Virus record (IMG/VR): IMGVR_UViG_3300037755_000308
Location: 3,061 to 67,060 of that record
DNA length: 64,000 bases
From: a virus
Lineage: Duplodnaviria; Caudoviricetes
Reading direction: 5' to 3' (one strand)
A program made the translations under genes and the position numbers. Below the pieces are notes generated by a model that saw only the letters and a list, made by a program, of their open reading frames with translations, was not told the DNA's origin and searched no databases. Positions 55,263-63,401 of this stretch are shown here, piece after piece (the first letter of the stretch is position 1; each line of letters begins with the position of its first letter).

Positions 55263-56666
55263 TTAGACCCTCGTAGTAATGTCCGATTCTCTATTAGGAT
55301 TGTCATTGAGAATGGACGTGGTATCACCAAGACCGATAATGTTACGAATCTCATCCACAGTGAGAAGATTTGGATTGTCCGTAAGCACCTTAGACAGGTT
55401 AGTAGCAGATCGTGCTTTCTGTGCAGAAGTTTGAGCACGCTCAAGAGGAGCTAGAATGAACGCATCTGGCCACTCAAACATAAGCTTGTCTTGCACCGGG
55501 AGAGCTCCTAGCTCAACAAACTTTTTGATAGTGGGTTTTAGGACGCGCGGCTCTCCGAACTTAGAACGGCGTTCCTGGACGCGTTCTGCCCAGTTAGCTC
55601 GATCTTGTTCAGAAGCCAGCTGCCCTGCTTCAGCACCCATAAGCAGCCTCTGTGGGATACGAGTAGTCGCTGCTATCAATGAGATAACCGCATTAATAGA
55701 CAACGTAGGGTCTGCAACACGAGAGCCCAGCTCGGTCATCTCCACACCACGGGTGCGCATGAAGCGACGCAAGCCGTGATAGTACTCATCCACTTCCGCT
55801 GCCAGAGCTTCTTCATCCTCTGGACCGAGCTCCATGTCTTTTTCGATATTGATCTGCATGCCACGATTGGCCGTGAGCCAGTATGTCTCAGCAGCACCAC
55901 CACTCATCTTGAGCAGATCGTCTAATAGATTAAAGACTGACTCCAGACGTGGCGTTCCGTATACAGGATCCTCCACAATACCATCACCGATATGAATAAC
56001 TCGGGAATGGTGCACCGTAAATGAGAGTCTTGATGCATCTGCTGCACGGCGTGATACCGCTCCCTGTTCGGTTTCATTGAGCATCACCTGATAGGCAGTT
56101 GGCAAGCCATATCGTGGTGACGTTGAGTTATTCTCAAAGCCCTGGATGGTGATCCCAAGCTCACTATAGGGCTGCAAATAAGTAACCTTTCGTACTGCCC
56201 CTGCTTGGACTGGCTGAGCTGGCTGATCAAGTGGGAGACCATCATCAAGACCGACAACGACGATAGCATAGCGTCCAAACCCTGTCATATAATCAGCTCG
56301 GTTAAGAATAGACCATAGGTCATGAGCGTTGATTAATTCCTCCCAAGCAGCAGCAAAGGTCTCATCAGCATCTTTGAGACGAGGAGGACGTGTCCACAAA
56401 GCATCTGCTGGAGCTTCAACGATAGTGCGCGCGATATCCTGTCGCTTATACTTGATATACAGATCCTGCACTGTAAGATCGGTTTTATAGCCAAAAACAG
56501 TCCACAGGTTACGAGCAGAACCATGAGTGAGGCCCGCTCTGGAGAGCCATGATGCTCTTGTGATCAACTCTGACAGAAAAGTCCCAAGCTTGGAACTGCG
56601 ACCAGAAGTGCGAGCTGCCTTCGATTTTGTGCTCATATCGGTCATAGTAATATGTACCTTTCCCAT
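55263..56666 (-). CDS. Portal protein (DUF1073-like)
   Basis: YKRQDIARTIVE.PA.A.W, GLDDG..LDQP, PRYGLP..Y, VHHSRVIH, GTPRLE.V.N.L.DL.K..GG.AE and TRIPQR.LMG...G.LAS.QD..NW. Confidence 0.9.
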   Translation of the reverse strand: MGKVHITMTDMSTKSKAARTSGRSSKLGTFLSELITRASWLSRAGLTHGSARNLWTVFGYKTDLTVQDLYIKYKRQDIARTIVEAPADALWTRPPRLKDADETFAAAWEELINAHDLWSILNRADYMTGFGRYAIVVVGLDDGLPLDQPAQPVQAGAVRKVTYLQPYSELGITIQGFENNSTSPRYGLPTAYQVMLNETEQGAVSRRAADASRLSFTVHHSRVIHIGDGIVEDPVYGTPRLESVFNLLDDLLKMSGGAAETYWLTANRGMQINIEKDMELGPEDEEALAAEVDEYYHGLRRFMRTRGVEMTELGSRVADPTLSINAVISLIAATTRIPQRLLMGAEAGQLASEQDRANWAERVQERRSKFGEPRVLKPTIKKFVELGALPVQDKLMFEWPDAFILAPLERAQTSAQKARSATNLSKVLTDNPNLLTVDEIRNIIGLGDTTSILNDNPNRESDITTRV

Positions 56667-56677
56667 TACACCGTTCT

Positions 56678-58234
56678 TTAGTGATACTTCTTAGGAACTA
56701 TTAAACCCGAACTCCCTCGCCTGCCCCATATAACGCCACTATTGCCGGATCGAGTGCCTCTTACGGTATTTACACTGTCGCCAGGTGCGGTAGTGGTAGT
56801 GGTAGCTCCTGTACCTGCTGGAGTACGACCCCAAGTTGCGCTTAACTTGGTTATACCGATCATCTTGTTCCAAGCTATTGCAACACAATCGATCTGATCA
56901 TCATATTCAGCATTAGGGAAGCCATCAAATTCGTTTGCAAAGCAGTCATTCCACTGTGCGTACTTAAGGATCAGATCGCCTCTTTCAGCACCTGCAAGCA
57001 TACCATGCGCCTTAGCCGATTTACCAGTAAGCTCAGGAATGCCAAGTACAGTATATCCGTACAATTCCTTCTGTTTTAACAGCTTCTTGAAGTGATTGGT
57101 AGTAATAATCCCACTAGCACCTGGCTCTTGAGCAATTAAGATTAAGCAATGTGGCCCATCAGCTCGAGCTGTTTCTACAAACAAAGTATCGACGTCATCA
57201 GGTGTCCACTGACCGCGTACAATGTCCGTTATGAAAGCCTGCTTCTTTTCTTTGTTGGCACCCATTTTAAGACCACAAGTATAATCCCCTGTTTTCTTAA
57301 GACCACCAAAGTCCCATGCTCGACACCAATCGAGTGTATTAGGAGCTGGAACGGTATGAATGTATTGTAGCCATTCCTTGTTGGCCATACGTGATTCATC
57401 ATCACGGGGGTCTTGTTGATAGAGTGCAGAGAACCAAAATGAGCCAAGCATACGCTTAATGCCCAGTAGAGCGTCTAGATCATACCGTTCCGGGAATAGT
57501 GCCTCACCAACATTGCGCCCCAATGGGTCATTTGACTCCGCAATAGCTGGTAGCTTGATATAGGTCCACAAGCCAGGCTGTTCCTTTAATAGACGCCCGA
57601 TAAGATCATCACCATGCCAGCGAGTCGCAATAATAATGACGGTTGCACCTGGTTCAAGACGAGTGAACGCTGTTGTGACGAACCAATCCCACAGTTGTTG
57701 ACGATATACTGGAGACAGAGCCTCTTTGAGTTGCTTGATATAGTCGTCAAGGAAGAAGAGGTTGAAGCCACGACCTGTCATTGCACCGCCAACACCGAAG
57801 GCCATAACGCCTCCATCTGTCTCGGTGAGGAATTTGTCAATACGATTGGAGCCCTGACGGATCCTTGTCTCTAGCTTATCTGGATTCCTTTCAATCTGAT
57901 CGCGTACAGCTTGACTAAAATCCTTTGATAGTTCAGCTCCATAGGTGCACAGACCAATATTGTAGCCAGGAAAGTTCTCCAACCCCCAAGTTGTGCCACC
58001 AATACTAAGCATCCGTGACTTACCATGGCGAGGTGGCATTGACAATATATACCGTCCACCACCCCTTTTAATACCAGTGGCCATCAGTGTAGAAATGTAC
58101 AGCAGATGTTTAGCCGGTATATACAGTGGATCAAGATGGAGCGCTAGCGTAGCAGGAGTTAGCTTCGGGTTGAAGTTTCTTAGTGCTGACTCTCGCACAC
58201 TTTGTTGTCTGCCTAAGCCCAGGTCTATTGCCAT
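56678..58234 (-). CDS. terL: Terminase large subunit
   Basis: Walker A MPPRHGKS, GGAMTGRG, Walker B LDDYIK, ATRWH..DL.G, RAWDF and DDQID. Confidence 0.93.
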   Translation of the reverse strand: MAIDLGLGRQQSVRESALRNFNPKLTPATLALHLDPLYIPAKHLLYISTLMATGIKRGGGRYILSMPPRHGKSRMLSIGGTTWGLENFPGYNIGLCTYGAELSKDFSQAVRDQIERNPDKLETRIRQGSNRIDKFLTETDGGVMAFGVGGAMTGRGFNLFFLDDYIKQLKEALSPVYRQQLWDWFVTTAFTRLEPGATVIIIATRWHGDDLIGRLLKEQPGLWTYIKLPAIAESNDPLGRNVGEALFPERYDLDALLGIKRMLGSFWFSALYQQDPRDDESRMANKEWLQYIHTVPAPNTLDWCRAWDFGGLKKTGDYTCGLKMGANKEKKQAFITDIVRGQWTPDDVDTLFVETARADGPHCLILIAQEPGASGIITTNHFKKLLKQKELYGYTVLGIPELTGKSAKAHGMLAGAERGDLILKYAQWNDCFANEFDGFPNAEYDDQIDCVAIAWNKMIGITKLSATWGRTPAGTGATTTTTAPGDSVNTVRGTRSGNSGVIWGRRGSSGLIVPKKYH

Positions 58235-58289
58235 GTTATGTCATGCACCTATAAAAAAGACTGGCCTAAAAATGGACGATTTTCGCACG

Positions 58290-58314
58290 GATGGGGAAGA
58301 AACAGTTGTTGAGG
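58290..58314 (-). repeat. Dispersed motif copy between terS and terL
   Basis: GATGGGGAAGAAACAGTTGTTGAGG. It also shares a downstream GATCCGCAG(C/T)GCGATTT with the 55166 copy. Confidence 0.9.
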
Positions 58315-58491
58315 AACATCAAGCGACACGATCCGCAGTGCGATTTACGGGAACGCATCTGATTCCGGCCGTAGGCGTGGCCTGAGCTACGTGCACAGTC
58401 GATCCTGCCACGGGATACGGCCGATTGAGCATCCTCGTGGGCGTGGGCGTGGTCGCGGTTACCATCTTGTACATGATTGCGAGCGTGTGCT

Positions 58492-59820
58492 TCATTGCTT
58501 TTTGCCTTTTAGTAATCGTACAGCGAGCTCCTGGGCAAGATTTGCTGTATCTTCATCATCCAGAGCTTCAAGTCCAGTAACTTCCCCACGGTCTCGTGTA
58601 TTAGCGATAGTGCGAAGATGTTCCTCGATAGGAGTGGAAGCATTGCTGTCGCTGGACCCAGGAAGGTGAGCATCAGCGGGCGCCGCTGCAGGAAGTCCAA
58701 CGCTAACGCGCTGCAAGTGTAGGAGCTCTTTCAAGACCTTGACAGTCTCACCAGGATCAAGTGAGTCGAGATCATCCGCACTGAAATGATCAAAGCGGCT
58801 CATCACACGCTCGACCATCTTATTGACGCGGGTGAAGGTCCGTTCGTCTAGATGGATCGCCCGTACTGCTCGGATCTTTCGTACAGCTGCCTCTCCAACA
58901 ATGTCGAAGGCGCTGGCACGAGCTTTCCAGAAATACAGAATGAATAGCGTTCGAAGACGATCATTTGTAGCGCGCATCAACTGCTCGTGCTCGACGTCTG
59001 AGATGATCGCTGGTAGACCACCCTTAGCTGTAGACAGAGCTGCTGCCTCATCCTCGTGGGCTTGGGTACGAGAGTGGCCGCTACCCTTCTCAAGGTGAGC
59101 TACGGATGGCATTGGAGGTCGCTTCTGTTTAATGCCACTGCCACTGCCACGCTTCTGGTTTTGAGGCTTTGACACCATGTCGATAAAGATGTTACCAACA
59201 TCATACTCGCCGCCACTACCATTTGGACGTGTTGGCACAGCGATATGGTCTACGTCTGTGTGTACGCCTGTAGCTGTAGCTGCGCCTGTAGCTGCGTCTA
59301 CGTGCATGGCCGATTGAGCATCGTCGCGGTCGCGTACTTGCTCCCGCTCACGCTCACGCACCTGCTCTCGCTCCGCTGCAACTAGTCGAACACGCTCCTC
59401 AATACTCTCTCGGACAAGGGATTTGGCCAGCAGTTGAGTAGAACGATATCCGTAGGTAGACACCATCTCAAGATATCGCTGGAACAGCATGAACTCTGAG
59501 CTACCTTCATGGTCCAACCTCTCCCAGAAAAGGCTGCCTGAATTTGTAACAGGAAAGCCATCACTGTAGTGGATGTCAACGCGCGCAGCATCAATGTGTG
59601 CCCACTGTAGCTCTCGCGTCATACTCTCAAGATGGTGCGGAATCATATCAGCACGCACAATGAACTCTGGCATTCCAAAGTCATTCTTGGGGATCTGCTC
59701 TTGAATCGCTATCATATTGCTAAGGAGCAACTCTTCTCGACTTGCTACTTGTGGACCACCGTTCATCTTTTTACTAGGCCTTGCTTTTCTACCACTACTT
59801 ACTTGCTGACTCTCGCACAC
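58492..59820 (-). CDS. Terminase small subunit-like protein with large low-complexity insertions
   Basis: FWERLDHEGSSEF.LFQRYL.M...RS...LA...W..RA.AFD pattern. Directly upstream of terL. Start uncertain. Confidence 0.65.
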   Translation of the reverse strand: MCESQQVSSGRKARPSKKMNGGPQVASREELLLSNMIAIQEQIPKNDFGMPEFIVRADMIPHHLESMTRELQWAHIDAARVDIHYSDGFPVTNSGSLFWERLDHEGSSEFMLFQRYLEMVSTYGYRSTQLLAKSLVRESIEERVRLVAAEREQVREREREQVRDRDDAQSAMHVDAATGAATATGVHTDVDHIAVPTRPNGSGGEYDVGNIFIDMVSKPQNQKRGSGSGIKQKRPPMPSVAHLEKGSGHSRTQAHEDEAAALSTAKGGLPAIISDVEHEQLMRATNDRLRTLFILYFWKARASAFDIVGEAAVRKIRAVRAIHLDERTFTRVNKMVERVMSRFDHFSADDLDSLDPGETVKVLKELLHLQRVSVGLPAAAPADAHLPGSSDSNASTPIEEHLRTIANTRDRGEVTGLEALDDEDTANLAQELAVRLLKGKKQ

Positions 59821-59838
59821 TTTACACTTTATATTCCC

Positions 59839-59867
59839 ATTATAACGGGTATTTATTGACTAATCAA
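59839..59867 (-). promoter_or_regulatory. sigma70-like promoter for the terminase/late operon
   Basis: On the - strand, TTGATT-17 bp-TATAAT. Confidence 0.7.
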
Positions 59868-59979
59868 CTGTTATTTTTAGCCCATATAAGCAGTTCTATG
59901 AGGGAAATGAGCTTGACTATGTGTGTTATTTGTGAAATTTTTGGTAAAAATTTTTCCAATTGCCTTGATACTGACTAAT

Positions 59980-60046
59980 CTGGTTTTTGAAAATATAGTA
60001 TATTTTTTGTGCAGCCCTGGTTTTTTGAAAATATAGTATATTTTTT
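59980..60046. repeat. Two direct copies of a ~29-bp unit, each containing the palindrome AAAATATA-G-TATATTTT
   Basis: CTGGTTTTTGAAAATATAGTATATTTTTT at 59980-60008 and CTGGTTTTTTGAAAATATAGTATATTTTTT at 60017-60046. Confidence 0.9.
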
Positions 60047-60154
60047 CGAGTGACCTTAGCGCGCAGATCTAAGATCTTAGATCCTCAACCGAAAATTACT
60101 AAGATCTTAGATGCTAAGATCTTAGATTAGTAACAAAATTTAATAAAAAAGTTC

Positions 60155-60183
60155 GTGATATATCTTAGATGTTGTGATATAAT
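60155..60183 (+). promoter_or_regulatory. Extended -10 promoter
   Basis: TG-A-TATAAT at 60175-60183, flanked by the palindromes. Confidence 0.6.
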
Positions 60184-60228
60184 TTAAGTGTAGGAAAAAT
60201 CCTACATGTCAAAGATAGGAAATCTAAG

Positions 60229-60480
60229 ATGTTAGACCGAAAGAACGTAACACAGGACATGGTATCTAAGATGTTAGACCTAACGACCAAAAGTACGGTC
60301 ATCCGGTACTTAACCCGGGTAGGGTTTAGCAGGTCTGAAATCGCTAAGATGTTAGATATAAGATATCAACATGTACGAAATGTCCTGACACAAGAATGTA
60401 AGATCAAAGATCTTGAATCTGATATGTCAGATCTAGAATCTAAGATCTTAGACGATGACCAGTTAGATCTTAACATCTAA
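60229..60480 (+). CDS. Small HTH-like DNA-binding protein (paralogue 2)
   Basis: TKSTVIRYLTRVGFSRSEIAKMLDIRYQHVRNVL. RBS-like GATAGGA. Confidence 0.75.
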   Translation: MLDRKNVTQDMVSKMLDLTTKSTVIRYLTRVGFSRSEIAKMLDIRYQHVRNVLTQECKIKDLESDMSDLESKILDDDQLDLNI

Positions 60481-60744
60481 GATCTTACGGGTGGGGCGTT
60501 AGGTCGGATGACCTAACGTCCTATCTTTAGCCCGGGCGGTAAGATCTTAGATCTTAGCATGTCATATCTTAGATCTCATATCTTAGATCTAAGATCTAAC
60601 CAGATCAGTGCGGTCCTGTCCAAATTGGAGCATGCACTAGCCCCCCTACATGGGACTTTTTCAACAGTAGTGAGGACCTACTTACAAGACGTACTACGAA
60701 AATAAGACCAGGTAGAATCTTATAGTCGTACTAGCATTTTGACG

Positions 60745-60774
60745 TTGTGACCTCTAGGGACCTTGCGCTATAAT
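60745..60774 (+). promoter_or_regulatory. sigma70-like promoter
   Basis: TTGTGA-18 bp-TATAAT with GGACCTT in the spacer, upstream of the 60824 gene. Confidence 0.55.
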
Positions 60775-60823
60775 ATTTTTATAAGTTCAGGAATCAACCT
60801 GTGCTTATGTAGGAGTAGGTAGT

Positions 60824-61129
60824 ATGACACTGTTGAACATCCCGGTGCTTGCGTCCACGTCAGAGCAGTGCGACCATGACTACGACGTCATGTTTGCGTC
60901 CAAGGTTAGCAACCTGCTCAGGAACATTGGCTTTGCACTTACCACGGTTAATATTGCCAGGGTAAGGAACATATTGATCAAACGGTACGAGACCCTGTAC
61001 GGTAAGTCCAATGTTACAGTCTGGCGGTTGTGCCAGCTGACGGCCGAAGAATTGTTGAACCTGGCAGCGCAGTCACCTTACCGGGAAGACATGTTAGCAC
61101 AGTTGTACGTAAGCGACACGGTTCACTAG
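60824..61129 (+). CDS. Hypothetical protein
   Basis: 101 aa ORF with RBS AGGAG. Confidence 0.6.
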   Translation: MTLLNIPVLASTSEQCDHDYDVMFASKVSNLLRNIGFALTTVNIARVRNILIKRYETLYGKSNVTVWRLCQLTAEELLNLAAQSPYREDMLAQLYVSDTVH

Positions 61130-61145
61130 AACCAGTTCCAGTTCA

Positions 61146-61181
61146 GGATCCAGATCCAAAACCAAAACCGGATCTGGATCC
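61146..61181. terminator. 12-bp perfect hairpin
   Basis: GGATCCAGATCC / GGATCTGGATCC. Confidence 0.6.
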
Positions 61182-61231
61182 TTGGCGGGAACTGATAACC
61201 AGTTACCGACAATAGGAAGGAATCAAAACAC

Positions 61232-61579
61232 ATGACGAAGTCTACAATAGTCATCGAACATGAAGGCACAACGGACGAACTGCACGAAAAGCTGTGCAGG
61301 GCTATTCACGAAGGCAATCCGGCCAGTCAGGCTTGGTTAAGTCGTAACGTGTCAAATGTTGTGCATCCAACTATGCAGAGCGAAGACAAGGGTAAAGACA
61401 CACCTGAAACCAACGAACTGAACAAGGCGGTCCAGTTCATTCAGGACACTGCACAGCAGTACACAGATGGACTGATCACTGGTTGGGAATTCCACCAACT
61501 GGTTACGGAACATATGTCCGGTCTTGACGTGAAAGCCATACTTGACGAACATGAAACCAGCATGACAGAACAGGAATAA
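61232..61579 (+). CDS. Hypothetical protein
   Basis: 115 aa ORF with RBS AGGAAGGA. Confidence 0.6.
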   Translation: MTKSTIVIEHEGTTDELHEKLCRAIHEGNPASQAWLSRNVSNVVHPTMQSEDKGKDTPETNELNKAVQFIQDTAQQYTDGLITGWEFHQLVTEHMSGLDVKAILDEHETSMTEQE

Positions 61580-61589
61580 GTTCCAGTTC

Positions 61590-61632
61590 CTGGGTACAGA
61601 CTAGATCCGATCCGATCACGGTCTGTACCCAG
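61590..61632. terminator. 12-bp perfect hairpin
   Basis: CTGGGTACAGAC / GTCTGTACCCAG. Confidence 0.6.
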
Positions 61633-61671
61633 TGACGGGTACTTAAGCCCGATGACAGGAGTAAAAAGACC

Positions 61672-61965
61672 ATGAACAAGGACAGTGAATCCACTAAGGC
61701 CGACGAAATGGCTGGTGCGCTAGCAGACATGCTCGCGACCTGGCTCTGCAAGACCTTCGAGATTCGTGAGGCAAGTTTCTACCGAGTCGGTCAATACGGA
61801 TTTGACTACAAGAAGACTTGGGAAGAGGCAGCTACCGAAGCGGGTATGCCGACACATTTCCACGGTCTTGTCAAACCGTTGATGTACTGGAGCAATGACA
61901 CAGAATCGTGGATCACATCTATTCTGGGTCATGGCTACCAGACCGGAGCACAAAAAGACGAGTAG
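61672..61965 (+). CDS. Hypothetical protein
   Basis: 97 aa ORF with RBS AGGAG. Confidence 0.6.
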   Translation: MNKDSESTKADEMAGALADMLATWLCKTFEIREASFYRVGQYGFDYKKTWEEAATEAGMPTHFHGLVKPLMYWSNDTESWITSILGHGYQTGAQKDE

Positions 61966-62033
61966 GGCGCTCCAACCGCAAGACATGAAAAGCCTATGCG
62001 GTAGAAAATGAGGGTCAGACTACGAGAAAAACG

Positions 62034-62063
62034 TTGATTGACCCTCGACCAGTGTGTTATAAT
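62034..62063 (+). promoter_or_regulatory. sigma70-like promoter
   Basis: TTGATT-18 bp-TATAAT with a TG extended -10. Confidence 0.7.
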
Positions 62064-62129
62064 ATTTTATCGATGGGAGAGAACTACACCCACCGATATG
62101 ACTGAAGCCCAAGATAGGAGACTACTACC

Positions 62130-62612
62130 ATGGCATCTTTATCGTTCAAGAAGTCTGATCCCAAGGTCAACGAGCCGGTCAAGGACGAGGTGAAGGTCGA
62201 TCCCAAGACGAAGGTCGATCCCAAAACCGAATCCGGTTCCAAAACCGAAACCGAACCGAAAACCGGAACGGAATCGAAGACGGAACCGAAGATCCTCAAC
62301 CCGGTCGAAGTTCCTCCGGCGCCTACTTCCGAGACCAAGGATCCGACGCCGGCAGTACCGGAATCGAACGACGCCAGGCTCGCCGAAAAGGATCGGATCT
62401 CCAAGATGACGGTTGATCAGGTCTGGGCTCACTTCGGCGGTGAAAACCTTCGCGGTAATGTCAGTAGCGTGATCAGGAAGATGAACGCCTTGAACTTTTC
62501 GCGCGCCGACATCGCCAAGCTGACTGGGAAGCGTTACCAGCACGTCCGTAACGTTCTTACCGAGGACGCCAAGGCAGCCGAACGTTCGAAGGCCAAACCG
62601 AACCAGAGCTGA
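62130..62612 (+). CDS. HTH-like protein with a K/E/P/T repeat N-terminus (paralogue 3)
   Basis: KVDPKT/EPKT repeats, then SSVIRKMNALNFSRADIAKLTGKRYQHVRNVL. RBS AGGAG and GC3-rich codons. Confidence 0.75.
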   Translation: MASLSFKKSDPKVNEPVKDEVKVDPKTKVDPKTESGSKTETEPKTGTESKTEPKILNPVEVPPAPTSETKDPTPAVPESNDARLAEKDRISKMTVDQVWAHFGGENLRGNVSSVIRKMNALNFSRADIAKLTGKRYQHVRNVLTEDAKAAERSKAKPNQS

Positions 62613-62656
62613 TCCGCTTGGTAGCTTGACTGAACTGATCTGACATCTTAGAACTT

Positions 62657-62685
62657 GGGTGGGTACGTTACCCACCCTCTTTTTT
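62657..62685 (+). terminator. Rho-independent terminator
   Basis: GGGTGGGTA-CGT-TACCCACCC followed by TCTTTTTT. Confidence 0.85.
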
Positions 62686-62698
62686 GAAAGTCTGGCAG

Positions 62699-62815
62699 AT
62701 GAGTGGTAAACATACCGAGCGACAGCTCAATCAGGTCCGGACAGCCTTAAGTTATCTGGGTCTGGGTATTGTGGCTGTGCTTGTCATACTACTCTTAGTA
62801 GTGAGGTTGGCCTAA
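62699..62815 (+). CDS. Small single-TM peptide (38 aa; absent from the ORF track)
   Basis: MSGKHTERQLNQVRTALSYLGLGIVAVLVILLLVVRLA. Its TAATG overlaps the next start. Confidence 0.5.
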   Translation: MSGKHTERQLNQVRTALSYLGLGIVAVLVILLLVVRLA

Positions 62816-63036
62816 TGTCATACACAACCGACTACACTGGTCTTGATCCCATTACCGCACACAACAGGGCGATCAGAGACATCATTGACTATATGGGACA
62901 GGAGAAGTTCGACGAACGTACTGCCGAACTTCGAAAGGAACAGCTCACCTTGGAGGTGTTCCAGTTGGTAGTGAGCTTTTGTGGCGTGCGTGGATATCCG
63001 GCTAAGGCCTGGTTCAACTACTGCTATCCTCTCTAG
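62815..63036 (+). CDS. Hypothetical protein
   Basis: 73 aa ORF translationally coupled to the upstream peptide. Confidence 0.55.
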   Translation: MSYTTDYTGLDPITAHNRAIRDIIDYMGQEKFDERTAELRKEQLTLEVFQLVVSFCGVRGYPAKAWFNYCYPL

Positions 63037-63273
63037 GGCAAAGCTAGAACCAGGGCGAAAACCAGGATCCAAAACTGGATCGGGGTACAAAACCCCGGTC
63101 CTTTCTATTTGGACCTTAGGGACCGGCTTACCAGATCGGGCCTTAGGGGGCCTTAGGGACCTACGGAGCAGCTCGGTCCTGCTACCTTGGTTGACGACCC
63201 AATGAAGGCTGACGCTCTTGTCGCGCATGCGCTAGCCCTCTCGCACGCCAAAAATTCTGACGAACTCAAAACA

Positions 63274-63297
63274 GATGGGGAAGAAACACTGTTGAGG
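63274..63297 (-). repeat. Dispersed motif copy
   Basis: GATGGGGAAGAAACACTGTTGAGG. Confidence 0.8.
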
Positions 63298-63365
63298 TTG
63301 TTGCGGTGATCCAATCACGGGCGTAGACGCGGTCGCGATCTTGGGACATCACTATCAAAACAAAA

Positions 63366-63401
63366 GCACTTGATAACCATAGAACCTTTATAATATAATA
63401 G
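63366..63401 (+). promoter_or_regulatory. Phage promoter family copy 5 (divergent -10 region)
   Basis: GCACTTGATAACCATAGAACCTTTATAATATATAAT. Confidence 0.65.

Larger units (their letters stand above)
60069..60600. repeat. Array of CTAAGAT(C/G)TTAG palindromes
   Basis: Perfect copies at 60069, 60099, 60114 and 60440. G-variants at 60224, 60266 and 60344. One-mismatch copies at 60477 and 60539. Further partial copies to 60600. Confidence 0.92.

Noticed and set aside
57993-58385. + strand ORF sharing the peptide (D/N)GEETVV with the 30231 ORF
   Set aside because: The shared peptide is only the translation of the dispersed DNA motif. This ORF is antisense to terL and has no RBS or recognisable domain.
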